The notes beneath the pieces are model-generated. The model was not told where the DNA came from. It saw only the letters and a list, made by a program, of their open reading frames with translations, and searched no databases. A stretch of DNA of 61,781 nucleotides, counting the filler, from Chloroflexota bacterium (GTDB taxonomy: Bacteria; Chloroflexota; Chloroflexia; QHBQ01), in NCBI GenBank assembly GCA_043754535.1. It is 6 parts of 6 records of this genome, joined end to end, with 100 filler letters (N's around TTAATTAATTAA, not from the genome) between each part and the next. Parts side by side here need not be neighbours in the genome. Positions count along the whole stretch, not along the records: positions 1 to 2,482 come from JAYUUN010000001.1; positions 2,583 to 22,618 come from JAYUUN010000002.1; 4 more parts are not named here. One strand, written 5' to 3'. How positions within the stretch are numbered: the stretch's first letter is position 1; each line of letters begins with the position of its first letter. Positions 1 through 9,762 of the stretch are shown here, one piece after another. The position numbers and the translations under genes are program-made.

Positions 1-281
1 TCCACCTGCCCCAGGCCCAGCACCTCGAAGCGGGCTTGCTGACCGAGCGGCTGGGGGAACTGCCGCGTGACCGACCCATCCTCACTGTCTGCGCTGCGGG
101 CTTCCGCTCCAGCATCAGCGCGAGCATCTTGCAGCACGCGGGCTTCCCCAACGTGCTAACTACCAGCGGTGGGATGAACGACCTGCGCGAGACCGCCCGC
201 CAGCTTGCTAGCGAACACGAGCGACAACACGCCCAGGGTGTTGCCCACGGCCATTCGCATGACCACGAGCATCAGCAGTAG
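1..281 (+). CDS. Rhodanese-domain protein, C-terminal part (5' truncated), His-rich tail
   Basis: HLPQAQHL...ILTVCAAGFRSSISASILQHAGF rhodanese active-site loop; TAG stop at 279-281. Confidence 0.8.
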   Translation, partial: HLPQAQHLEAGLLTERLGELPRDRPILTVCAAGFRSSISASILQHAGFPNVLTTSGGMNDLRETARQLASEHERQHAQGVAHGHSHDHEHQQ

Positions 282-391
282 GGGCGACGATCCCAGCCCT
301 GCTCAGCAGCAGGCAAATGTGCTATAATCAGTTATTGGCTTGCGATTGTCGCGCCAACCAGAGCAGCAAACTGCCTTTGAAGGAGACCGCA

Positions 392-1486
392 ATGGCTAAT
401 ACCCTGACTGCCTCACAATTTGCCGAGCAATTGGAGACCCTGACCAGCGAACTACGTGGCGATCAGGATCGGGCCGCCCGCGAGTATAATGAGGTTGACC
501 TGCTGGTGCGCCAGGTACAGCGCGAGGTGGACAGCCTCACCAACCGCGAGACGGCGGTTAATAACCGCATCCGCGACATGGAGATCAACCTGGAGAACTA
601 TACCCGCGAGAACATCAAGCAAATCTACGACCAGTCGCAGGAGATACAGGCCCGCCTCTCCATGCACCGCGGCCAAATTGAGCAGTTGCAGGCCAAGCGG
701 CAGGCCCTTAGCGACCAGAAGCAGAAGATGACCCACATCCTCGACCTGTTGAGTAGCACGCCGGAAGGCTTTGCTCCCTCCCGCGCAGGCGGCGGGGCGC
801 GCACCGCCAGCGACCTGGGCAGCGACGTTACCCAGCAGGAAATGGTGACGCAAGTGATCCAGGCCCAGGAGAATGAGCGGCTACGTATCTCACGACAGAT
901 GCACGATGGCCCAGCTCAGTCGCTCTCTAATCTGGTCTTGCGCGCCGAAATCTGTGAGCGGCTGATAGACATGGACGTGGCACGGGCGCGGGGCGAACTT
1001 GCCAGCCTCAAGAACCTGGTAAACAGCACCTTGCAGGCTACCCGCCAGTTTATCTTCGACCTGCGCCCCATGATCCTCGACGACCTCGGCCTCGAACCGA
1101 CCCTGCGCCGCTACCTGACCAGCTTCACCGACAAGACGAAGGTAGAGGCCAACATCCAGGTTTCGGGCATTAAAGGCCGTTTGCCGCAGCACGTAGAAGT
1201 GGCCGTCTTCCGCATCGTGCAAGAAGCCCTCAACAACGTTGGTAGCCACGCCAATGCCAGCCTGGTCAATGTCGGCCTCGAATTGGAGGAGGGTGATCTG
1301 ACTGTGACGGTTGAGGATAACGGTGGTGGCTTCAACGCCAGTGAGCGGCTGAAGCAGGGCCAGGGCAAGGCGATGGGCATTGCCAATATGCGCCAGCGGG
1401 TGGAGATGATGGGCGGTCGCTTTGAGATGGAGAGCGAGGTGGGGCGCGGCACCAAGCTAACCACCCTGATCCCGATCAGCGCGTGA
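392..1486 (+). CDS. DegS-like cytoplasmic sensor histidine kinase (coiled coil + HisKA_3 + HATPase)
   Basis: ERLRISRQMHDGPAQ H-box, FRIVQEALNN N-box, DNGGGF and GRGT G-boxes; AAGGAG RBS before ATG 392. Confidence 0.9.
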   Translation: MANTLTASQFAEQLETLTSELRGDQDRAAREYNEVDLLVRQVQREVDSLTNRETAVNNRIRDMEINLENYTRENIKQIYDQSQEIQARLSMHRGQIEQLQAKRQALSDQKQKMTHILDLLSSTPEGFAPSRAGGGARTASDLGSDVTQQEMVTQVIQAQENERLRISRQMHDGPAQSLSNLVLRAEICERLIDMDVARARGELASLKNLVNSTLQATRQFIFDLRPMILDDLGLEPTLRRYLTSFTDKTKVEANIQVSGIKGRLPQHVEVAVFRIVQEALNNVGSHANASLVNVGLELEEGDLTVTVEDNGGGFNASERLKQGQGKAMGIANMRQRVEMMGGRFEMESEVGRGTKLTTLIPISA

Positions 1487-2482
1487 TGTGGTTGCGGCCC
1501 GGCTTCAGGCTGGACTCCCAGCCCGATAGCGTCGTCTTCGATATGGACGGCGTGCTGATGGACAACGCGGCGATCATCGCCTTCGATGACGAGGCAGTGC
1601 GCTTCATCTTCAGCCACCTCTACGGCCTGGCCGATAGTGGCGTTTCCCTACTACCGCCCGCAGCAGTCAAGTCTTTCAAGGCTGCTGGTGGCTTCAATGA
1701 CGACTTCGACATTGTATATGCCGCTAGCAGCCTCTACAATGCAGCCCGCCTTACTCAGCCGAAGGTGTCTGATACAGCGCAACTACTTGCCATCGGCCCC
1801 GACTTTGGCACACTGATGGCTCAGCAGCGTGGCGGCCTCAGCCCCCTGCTAGCCACGCTGCCCGCCGCTGCCCGCCCCGATTGGCCGACGATAGAGCGCA
1901 TCTGCGCCGAAATCTACTGGGGGGCAGCGATTGTGCGCCAGCACCTCGGTCAGGAGCCGCTCTACACCGATCACCCAGGGCGTGTCTACGACGACGTGCC
2001 GCTGGTGGGCCACGACCTGTTGGCGCGGCTGGCAGGGATTGGCCTGCCCAAGTGGGGGATCATCACTGGGCGAGTAACGCTGGAACTGGATGCTGTTCTT
2101 GGTCTGCTGCCCCACCCCTTCCAGCAGCCGCCAGTGCGGGTGACGAGCGACATCATGCGGAAGCCAAACCCACAGGCCCTGCTCTACGTCGCCCGCAAGC
2201 TGGGCAGCAGTGGTGGTTTCTACGTCGGCGACAGCGCAGATGACCTCAGCCTGGTGCAGCACTACGCGGCGGTGCTGCGGGGCGAAGCGAACCCTTATGC
2301 CCCGCAGGTTCGCCCCCAGCGTAGCCTCAGCCTCGGCGAAGTGCCATCTGCCCTCGGCGACCTCAGCTTCGGCCCACCTATGCCCCCCTTCCACGCGGTG
2401 ATGATCGCCCCAGCCGAGCAATTCGCTACCTGGCAGCAGCGTGGGGCTACCGCCGTGATCGAACACGTAGACCAGTTGCCCG
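1483..2482 (+). CDS. HAD-superfamily hydrolase (runs off the contig end)
   Basis: VVFDMDGVL motif I, IITGR motif II, KPNP...YVGDSADD motifs III/IV; GTGA overlap with the kinase stop. Confidence 0.85.
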
Positions 2483-2582
2483 NNNNNNNNNNNNNNNNNN
2501 NNNNNNNNNNNNNNNNNNNNNNNNNNTTAATTAATTAANNNNNNNNNNNNNNNNNNNNNNNNNNNNNNNNNNNNNNNNNNNN
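2483..2582. other. Artificial contig linker (Ns + TTAATTAATTAA)
   Basis: 100-bp N run with a six-frame stop linker; same at 22619-22718, 42565-42664, 49173-49272, 55556-55655. Confidence 0.98.
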
Positions 2583-3088
2583 GCCTGCTAGGAGCATTGC
2601 AGGAGCAGGGGGTGGGCTTCACCAGTGTCACACTGCACGTTGGCCTCGACACCTTCCGCCCCGTCACCGAGGAGAACGTAGAAGAACACCCAATGCACTC
2701 CGAGTGGTATGAGATAAATGAGGAGGCCGCCGCCGCGATCAACCAGGCGCGGGCGCGGGCTGGCCGCGTGGTGGCGGTTGGCACCACCAGCGTGCGCGTG
2801 TTGGAGAGTGCAGCCCTGGCCCAGGCCGCAGCAACAGCTTCCATAGATAGCAGCACTGCCGAGCGCGAACTGCAAGCCGCCAGTGGCTCTACGCGGCTGT
2901 TCATCTACCCTGGCTTCCAGTATCGGCTGACCGACGCGATCATCACCAACTTCCACCTGCCCCGCAGCACTTTGCTGTTGATGATCGCCGCCTTCGTGGG
3001 CCGCGAGCGGATCATGGCTGCTTACGAGGAAGCAGTGCGGCTAGGCTACCAATTCTACAGTTTTGGCGACGCGATGCTACTTCTGTAG
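2583..3088 (+). CDS. queA: tRNA preQ1 S-adenosylmethionine ribosyltransferase-isomerase, C-terminal part (5' truncated)
   Basis: VTLHVGLDTFRPV, VAVGTTSVRVLES, TNFHLPRSTLL, YQFYSFGDAMLL are QueA signature segments. Confidence 0.96.
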
Positions 3089-3106
3089 GTATGGTATAAT
3101 CGCTCT

Positions 3107-3910
3107 ATGCAGAACCGACCACCACGCCAGCCGCGCCCACAACCTGGCCGCCCCTCCAACGAGCGTCCGTCAGCGCGCCAGCCACGCCCGCGCAGCGACT
3201 TCGACGACCCCATCTACCAGGACGATCCGCAAGTGTTGCCACCTGCCCTGCCCCAGCCAGGCGTGCCAGTTGGCGTGTACGCGGCCATCGCAGGCGTGCT
3301 GCTAACCGCTATTGTAGCAGTGCTGTTGCTAATCCTCACGGGCAGCAACCGCTCCCTGCCAGCCTCAGCCGCCACCGCCACGCCCCGCCCGTTGGAGACG
3401 CTCTCCGACCAGGCACCGCCGGGGCCAGAGCTTGCCACCCTCGCCCCGCAGGATGCAGGCAGCCTACCAACGATCACCTTCGCCCTACCGACTAGCACGC
3501 CCCTGCTGCTAACCGCTGCCCCCACCGACTCGCCTGCTCCGAGTAGCACACCGCTGCTGCTGGCAACCGCCAGCCTGCCACCAGCCCCAACCGCCAGCCC
3601 GATCACCTTGCAACCGACAGCCCAGCCCAGTGCGACGGCGATCAACTTGCAACCAACTCGCCCGCCTGCGCCGACTAGCACCCCACTGTTGCTAGCGACC
3701 GCCACGCCACTGCGCCCGACTGCGACCATGCCTCTACCGACTGCGACCCGGCCAGCCCCAACCAGCACTCCCCCGTCAGCCCCGACTGTCACCGCCCTGC
3801 CACCATCACCGACCTTGCCGCCACCAACCAACACCCCCTCTGCCCTGCCCACTGCAACCCTGGTCAAGGAGCAGCCCAGCCCGCTACCTACCCGCAAGGA
3901 GGGTGGATGA
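3107..3910 (+). CDS. Single-pass membrane protein with long Pro/Thr-rich extracellular region
   Basis: One hydrophobic helix then PT-rich low complexity; TGGTATAAT 6 nt before ATG. Confidence 0.75.
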   Translation: MQNRPPRQPRPQPGRPSNERPSARQPRPRSDFDDPIYQDDPQVLPPALPQPGVPVGVYAAIAGVLLTAIVAVLLLILTGSNRSLPASAATATPRPLETLSDQAPPGPELATLAPQDAGSLPTITFALPTSTPLLLTAAPTDSPAPSSTPLLLATASLPPAPTASPITLQPTAQPSATAINLQPTRPPAPTSTPLLLATATPLRPTATMPLPTATRPAPTSTPPSAPTVTALPPSPTLPPPTNTPSALPTATLVKEQPSPLPTRKEGG

Positions 3911-4002
3911 GCAACATTATAGCGGTATTGTTCTTGCTTCACGTAGTTGCTGTCCTCCAGGCACGAACAGGGAAGTAGTCTAGTTGAGGTTTGTGAACGC
4001 TA

Positions 4003-4929
4003 ATGACCAGGATATTTGTTGTTGATGACGACCCGGCAATCCGCAGCCTGCTTCAGGTTGCACTGTCGAGTCACGGCTACGAGGTGATCACCGCCAATGA
4101 TGGGGCCGAGGCTCTGCCGCTGATCCTGCGGAGCCAGCCAGACCTGGTGCTGACCGATGTTAGTATGCCAAAGATGGACGGCAACCAGCTTTGTAACGCG
4201 CTGCGCTCGGATGCGCGCACCGCCTTCACCCCAGTGATCTTCCTCAGTGGCAACAACTCTGTGGAAGATAAGGTTGCTAGCTTCGGCATCGGGGCAGACG
4301 ATTATGTGACCAAACCAGTTTCTATGCAAGAGTTGTTTGCTCGCATTGGAGTGCAGCTACGCAAGGTTGCCGAGCGCGGGATTATCAATTCACTGACCCG
4401 CCTGCCTGGTGGTGGACGCGTCGAGGACTTCCTCAAGATGATGCTCAACCGCGAGGGCGTGAGTTTCGCTGTCCTCTACGTCGACCTGGACAACTTCAAG
4501 GCCTACAACGACTACTATGGCTTCGTGCGTGGCAACCAGGTAATCATCCTGCTGGCCGACATACTGCGCGAGATCATGAGCGACGAGGATGGTGAGTACA
4601 ACTTCACCGGCCACATTGGGGGTGATGACTTTGTGTTGGTGACGACCTATGAGCGAGCCGAAGCGATTGGCCGCCAGATCATTAGCGAGTTCGATAGCCG
4701 GGTGCGCGATCTCTACGACCCACCCGACCTGGAGCAGGGTTACATCGTTACCAGGTCGCGGCAGGGCAACCCCAAAGCCTTCAAAATCATCAGCGTCTCC
4801 ATCGGCGTAGTCAACAACAAGTTCCGTCGGGTAACCAGTCTGTTGGATATTGGTGAGATTAGTGCGGAGGTCAAGCGGGCAGCCAAGCGCATCAAGGGCA
4901 GTTCCTTCTACGTAGACAAACGCAGATTA
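4003..4929 (+). CDS. Response regulator receiver + GGDEF(GGDDF)-type domain; ends at TTA 4927-4929 (standard code reads through to 8163)
   Basis: IFVVDDD...LTDVSMPKMDG...DDYVTKP receiver; YVDLDNFKAYNDYYGF...GHIGGDDF; domain ends at SFYVDKRR followed by TTA. Confidence 0.85.
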
Positions 4930-4935
4930 TGCCAC

Positions 4936-4965
4936 TTGTCTACTGCACCCACTTTGTGCTATAAT
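4936..4965 (+). promoter_or_regulatory. Sigma70-type promoter for the glycosyltransferase gene
   Basis: TTGTCT-18 nt-TATAAT with extended TG, 9 nt upstream of ATG 4975. Confidence 0.65.
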
Positions 4966-4974
4966 CCCCCTGTT

Positions 4975-7900
4975 ATGACAGAAAATCACATCCTGATCGT
5001 CAGCGACGACCTGGTAGCGGCTAAGATGGCTGGGCCGGGGGTGCGTAACTGGGAGCTTGCCCGCGCCCTGGTGCGAGCCGGGCAACGCGTCACTCTTGCC
5101 TCCCCTGGCGCGCAGTTTGCGCCGCCCACGCACGACTTCGGTGACCGCCTGACCCTAATCGGTTATGAGCGCGATGGTGATAATGGCCCGCTACGGGCCG
5201 TCGCCAGTAGCGTAGACCTGATCTTCGCGCATGGCTTCACCCTCCACTTCCTTCCTTTCCTGCGGGAGGTGGGCAAGCCACTGGCGGTGGATGTCTACAA
5301 CCCCTTTACCCTGGAAGACCTGCCGCGCAAGGTGGCGGGCGGCTTGGATGCAGTGGTAGTAGACGACTTCCTTGAATACCAGCGCGTGCTGAACGCCCAG
5401 CTACGAGCAGGGGACTTCTTCCTCTGCGCCAGCGAGAAGCAGCGCGACTACTGGCTGGGGATGCTCACCGCCAACCAGCGGGTCAACCCCCACAACTACG
5501 CTGCTGATGAGACGCTGCGCCTGCTGATCGACGTGCTGCCCTTCGGTATCAGCAGCACGCCGCCGCAAGCCGTAGGCCACGCCCTCAAGGGTGTACACCC
5601 TGGCATTGCAGCGGACGATAAGGTGATTGTCTGGGCCGGTGGCATCTGGGACTGGTTCGACCCTGTCACCCTGGTACAGGCTATGCCGTTGGTGTTGCGC
5701 GATGAACCGCGCGCTCGTCTCTTTTTCATGGGGACGCGCCACCCCAATGCTGTTGTGCCACCCTCGCGCAAGGTAGCGGAGGCCACCGCCAGCAGTCGCG
5801 CCCTGGGCCTGCTCGACAGCGCGATCTTCTTCAACGACTGGGTGGCCTACGACCAGCGCGCCGCCTACCTGCTTGATGCTGATCTCGGCACCAGCATCCA
5901 CCTTGACCACCTGGAGACGCGCTTCAGCTTCCGCACCCGCCTGCTCGACTACATCTGGGCGGGGCTGCCGATGGTGATTAGTGGGGGCGACAGCATCAGC
6001 GAGTTCGTTGCCGCTGAGGGGTTGGGCCAAGTGTTGCCGGTCAACGCCAACGCCGGGCAGGTGGCAGCGGCGATCCTGGCTGTGCTGCGAACGCCACGAA
6101 CTGAGTTCGCAGGCCGCTTTGCCGCCGTGCAACCGACAGTGACCTGGGATCGAGTGGCCGCCCCCCTACTCCGCTTTGCCGCCGCACCCTACTTCGCTGC
6201 CGACCGTCTGGCGGCGGGGCAGAGCCTCTACCCCTCCGACGCAGAGCGCGTCCGCACCGACCTTGAGCAGCAGCTTGAGCGCGTAGTTACGGCGAAGGAC
6301 GAGTTTACTGCCCAGGTGATCCGCGATAAGGATGAACTGATCGGTGGGCTAGAACTGGGGGTGGCCGAGCAGCAGGCTTACACCGCCCAGGTGATCCGCG
6401 ACAAGGATGCCTTCCTCACCCAGGTGGTCGCCGACAAGGATGCTTATTTCGAGCGGATCGTCGGTGAACGCGACGCAGAGATCGCCCGCTTGCAGGCGGT
6501 GACCAGTGCGCAGGCCGAGGAGATCGGTTGGCGGGCGGAGGTGATGGCTCGCCAAGAGAACGAACTGCATGGCTACCGCAGCAGTCGCTTTGTGCAGGTG
6601 GCCCGCCTGCCTCGCCGCCTGGCCGACCGCCTGAAGCAGACGCAGGCGATGCGGCAGGCCGAGCGCGAACGCAACGCCCCGATAATAATACCCGCCGAGG
6701 TCGCGCTAGACAAGTATGTGGCCCACGTCAATGAGCTAGAGGATGGCATCGCTAATCTGCTAACCCCGTTCGTCACGGTAGTGATCGTCAACTACAATGG
6801 GCTGCACTTTCTCGAACAGTGCCTCAGTGCGCTGGCGAATGATGTGTTGGATTACCCGGCAGAGAGCTATGAGGTGGTGATGGTAGACAACGCCAGCCGC
6901 GACGGTTCGGTGGCCTACGTGCGCGAACGCTACCCCTGGGTGCAGGTGGTCGCCAACGAGCGCAATCTAGCCTTCGCGGCGGGCAACAACGAGATCATGC
7001 AGGCAGCACCGGGCGAGTTCGTGGTGCTGCTCAACAACGACACGCGGGTAGAGAGCGGCTGGCTACGTGAGTTGCTGGTGGCGGCAGTGCGGCACCCTCA
7101 GGCGGCAGCCCTGACCAGCAAGCTGCTGTTCTACTATCGTCGGCTGCCACTGACCCTCGAAGCGAGTAGCTTCAACCCCGCTGCCCTGGACCAGTCGGGG
7201 GATGGCCGCGACCTGGGGGTGATGGTGCTAGGCATTGAGTACGGGGCAGGGGTGCAGCCGCCTGTAAGCGCAGTGGAGTATGGGAGGGGCTACTATCCCC
7301 TAGAGGGTGCGGGCGCGGCAGTCTACCGCTGGACGGCTGGGGCTGCTACCGCTTACGTCCCCTTCACCGACGCAGCGCAACCTTTGCCGCTGACGCTGCG
7401 CCTCAATCTCAGCCGCCCGCCCTGGGCTGGCCCGCTGCACTTGCGCCTGCGCGTCGGCGACACGGTGTTGGCGGAGTTTGCCGCCCCTGAAGATGGCACG
7501 ATCCACCTCAGCGTGCCACCTGCTTTGCTTGCCAGCGTGCCAGAGGCGATCCAGAACGTGGGCAGCCTCCTGCTCAAGGACGGCAGCGGGCGAGATCGCG
7601 GAGCGGTAGTGGTCGGCAACGCCCAGAGCTATGAGGCAGACGCGGGCCAGTACGAGCGGGAGGAGGAGGTGTTCGCTTTCTGCGGGGCGGGGGTGCTGCT
7701 TCGCACGGCGGCCCTGAAGGAAGTTGGTTATTTTGACGACCACTTCTTCATGTACTATGAGGATACCGATCTGTCCTGGCGGCTACGGCTGGCGGGCTGG
7801 CAGGTGTGGTACGTGCCAAAGGCGGTAGTGCGTCATATCCATGCAGGTAGCAGCAAGGAGTGGTCGCCCTTCTTTACCTACCATGTGCTGCGTAATCGCC

Positions 7901-8163
7901 TGTTCATGCTAGCAAAGTTGGCTCCTGCCCCGCTAGCCCGACGAGAATGGCGGGCCTTCCTGCGTCACAGCCTGCGCGCCTACTGGCAAGCCTACCTCGG
8001 CGGTCAGCGCACATACCGCCAACAGGCCGACTTGCAGGGGCGAGTTGTGCGCTCACTGCTAGCGAGCCTGCCACGCTTGTTGGCTCAGAGGCGACGGATC
8101 AAGCGGGCGGCGAGGGTCAGTGACCGCCAGATCAGGGCTTGGACGACGAAAGGGCAGGGATGA
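4975..8163 (+). CDS. Multidomain glycosyltransferase: GT4-like domain + coiled coil + GT2 domain
   Basis: HILIVSDD...MAGPGVRNWELA, WAGGIWDWFD, FSFRTRLLDY (GT4-like); VVIVNYNG, VDNASRDGS, LLNNDT, FFMYYEDTDLSWR (GT2). Confidence 0.88.
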   Translation: MTENHILIVSDDLVAAKMAGPGVRNWELARALVRAGQRVTLASPGAQFAPPTHDFGDRLTLIGYERDGDNGPLRAVASSVDLIFAHGFTLHFLPFLREVGKPLAVDVYNPFTLEDLPRKVAGGLDAVVVDDFLEYQRVLNAQLRAGDFFLCASEKQRDYWLGMLTANQRVNPHNYAADETLRLLIDVLPFGISSTPPQAVGHALKGVHPGIAADDKVIVWAGGIWDWFDPVTLVQAMPLVLRDEPRARLFFMGTRHPNAVVPPSRKVAEATASSRALGLLDSAIFFNDWVAYDQRAAYLLDADLGTSIHLDHLETRFSFRTRLLDYIWAGLPMVISGGDSISEFVAAEGLGQVLPVNANAGQVAAAILAVLRTPRTEFAGRFAAVQPTVTWDRVAAPLLRFAAAPYFAADRLAAGQSLYPSDAERVRTDLEQQLERVVTAKDEFTAQVIRDKDELIGGLELGVAEQQAYTAQVIRDKDAFLTQVVADKDAYFERIVGERDAEIARLQAVTSAQAEEIGWRAEVMARQENELHGYRSSRFVQVARLPRRLADRLKQTQAMRQAERERNAPIIIPAEVALDKYVAHVNELEDGIANLLTPFVTVVIVNYNGLHFLEQCLSALANDVLDYPAESYEVVMVDNASRDGSVAYVRERYPWVQVVANERNLAFAAGNNEIMQAAPGEFVVLLNNDTRVESGWLRELLVAAVRHPQAAALTSKLLFYYRRLPLTLEASSFNPAALDQSGDGRDLGVMVLGIEYGAGVQPPVSAVEYGRGYYPLEGAGAAVYRWTAGAATAYVPFTDAAQPLPLTLRLNLSRPPWAGPLHLRLRVGDTVLAEFAAPEDGTIHLSVPPALLASVPEAIQNVGSLLLKDGSGRDRGAVVVGNAQSYEADAGQYEREEEVFAFCGAGVLLRTAALKEVGYFDDHFFMYYEDTDLSWRLRLAGWQVWYVPKAVVRHIHAGSSKEWSPFFTYHVLRNRLFMLAKLAPAPLARREWRAFLRHSLRAYWQAYLGGQRTYRQQADLQGRVVRSLLASLPRLLAQRRRIKRAARVSDRQIRAWTTKGQG

Positions 8164-9752
8164 AGGTAGGCATCTACAACCGTTGGCTGCACACAATGGG
8201 CGGTGGCGAGCGGCATATGGGGGCGATAGCCGAAGCCCTGGCCGCCGATCCTGCCAACAGCGTTGAACTGTTGACTGACCGTCTGGTTGACCTCACCACT
8301 CTCGGCCATCGCCTCAATCTCGACCTTAGCCGAGTCAGTCTGCGCCTGCTACCTACCAGCCCTGTGCGCCACAACTACACGGTGCAGATGAATGCCAGCT
8401 TCGACTACGACCTGTTCATCAACGCCTCACACCTCGACCTGTTCCCCGCCTTTGGCCGCAAGAATGTAGCCCTCGTCTACTTCCCCTCGCAACTGCCCCA
8501 GGTTGGCAGCCAGCGGTCTGTTTTGCGGCGGGCAATGGGGCCAACGGCGGCGGTGCGGCTGTTCGCGGGCTTTCACGGGGTAGAGCAGAGCGTGGGCGGC
8601 GGGCTGATCAACTGGACACAGGAGCGCGCCGCTATCCTGCTGCCGACTAGCCCGCGCGACCGTGCCGAGGGGCTAGTGGTGCAGTTGGTTGGCACGGCAC
8701 CGCGACCAGGCGGCGAGTCAACCATCGTGCGCTTCAGCCTCAATGGGCAGCCGCTGGAGACGGAGTGGCGCGTGCCAGCCGACAACTTCAGCGTGCATAC
8801 GCTACCCCTGCCGCGCACCATAATCGCTAGGAGTGATCAGGCATTGTTGACGCTGGCAGTAGACACGCCGTTCACCCCCAGTGCGGCAGACCAACGGCTG
8901 TTGGGCATCGCACTCAGCCAGATCAACCTGGTGCGGGCTGCTGGCGGCGACTATCTTGCCCGCTTGCTCCGCCGCCGCTACGCTGGCAGCCCGCAAGTGT
9001 GGGGCTGGCAGGCGCAGAACGATATGCGGGCAGTAGCCGCTAGCCTCGATCAGGTCTGGGCCAACTCGCAGTTTACCGCACAGTGGATCGCCCGCTACTG
9101 GGGGGTGCAGGCGGAGGTACTCTACCCGCCCGTGGATGTAGACAGCTTTGGGCCGGGAGCGAAGGTGGCGCGGGTGATCAGCGTCGGTCGTTTCTTCGCT
9201 GGCAGCCACAACAAGAAGCATGACGTGATGGTGCAAGCCTTCCGCGACCTCTGTGACGCGGGTCTGCGTGGCTGGGAGTATCACCTGGTCGGCAATGTGG
9301 GCGACCGGGAGGAGGACGCAGCCTACCTGGAGCGGGTGACGGCTCTGGCCGAGGGCTACCCGATCTACGTCCACTGCGACGCGCCGTTCAGCGATCTGCA
9401 AGCCCTATATGCGGGCAGCAAGCTGTTCTGGCACGCGACCGGCTACGGCGAGGACATAGAAGCCAGCCCCGAACGCTTTGAGCATTTTGGTATCACCACG
9501 GTAGAGGCGATGGCGGCGGGTTGTGTGCCAGTGGTGATCGCGGCGGCGGGCCAGACCGAGATCGTGCGGCAGGGGGTTGACGGCCTGCTCTGGCACGACC
9601 TTGCCGAACTGAAGGCGATGACCCTGGGCCTGGTGGCCGACGACGGGCTACGGGCAAAGCTGGCGGTGGCAGCAGTCGAGCGTAGTCAGGAGTACGACAA
9701 GAGGCACGTGATCGACCACCTGCACGAGTTGGTTGCAGGGTTGGAGCTTTAG
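8160..9752 (+). CDS. Glycosyltransferase family 4
   Basis: MGGGERH N-terminus, EHFGITTVEAMAAGCVPVV motif; ATGA overlap with the upstream stop. Confidence 0.9.
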   Translation: MKVGIYNRWLHTMGGGERHMGAIAEALAADPANSVELLTDRLVDLTTLGHRLNLDLSRVSLRLLPTSPVRHNYTVQMNASFDYDLFINASHLDLFPAFGRKNVALVYFPSQLPQVGSQRSVLRRAMGPTAAVRLFAGFHGVEQSVGGGLINWTQERAAILLPTSPRDRAEGLVVQLVGTAPRPGGESTIVRFSLNGQPLETEWRVPADNFSVHTLPLPRTIIARSDQALLTLAVDTPFTPSAADQRLLGIALSQINLVRAAGGDYLARLLRRRYAGSPQVWGWQAQNDMRAVAASLDQVWANSQFTAQWIARYWGVQAEVLYPPVDVDSFGPGAKVARVISVGRFFAGSHNKKHDVMVQAFRDLCDAGLRGWEYHLVGNVGDREEDAAYLERVTALAEGYPIYVHCDAPFSDLQALYAGSKLFWHATGYGEDIEASPERFEHFGITTVEAMAAGCVPVVIAAAGQTEIVRQGVDGLLWHDLAELKAMTLGLVADDGLRAKLAVAAVERSQEYDKRHVIDHLHELVAGLEL

Positions 9753-9762
9753 AGAGGTTGCA

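Noticed and set aside
2483..2582. TTAATTAATTAA inside N runs (five copies) as a biological repeat
   Set aside because: Assembly concatenation linker; genes on either side are not physically adjacent, and these TTAs were excluded from the codon argument
4003..8163. Novel c-di-GMP-regulated glycosyltransferase fusion
   Set aside because: Better explained as two genes separated by TTA plus an internal promoter
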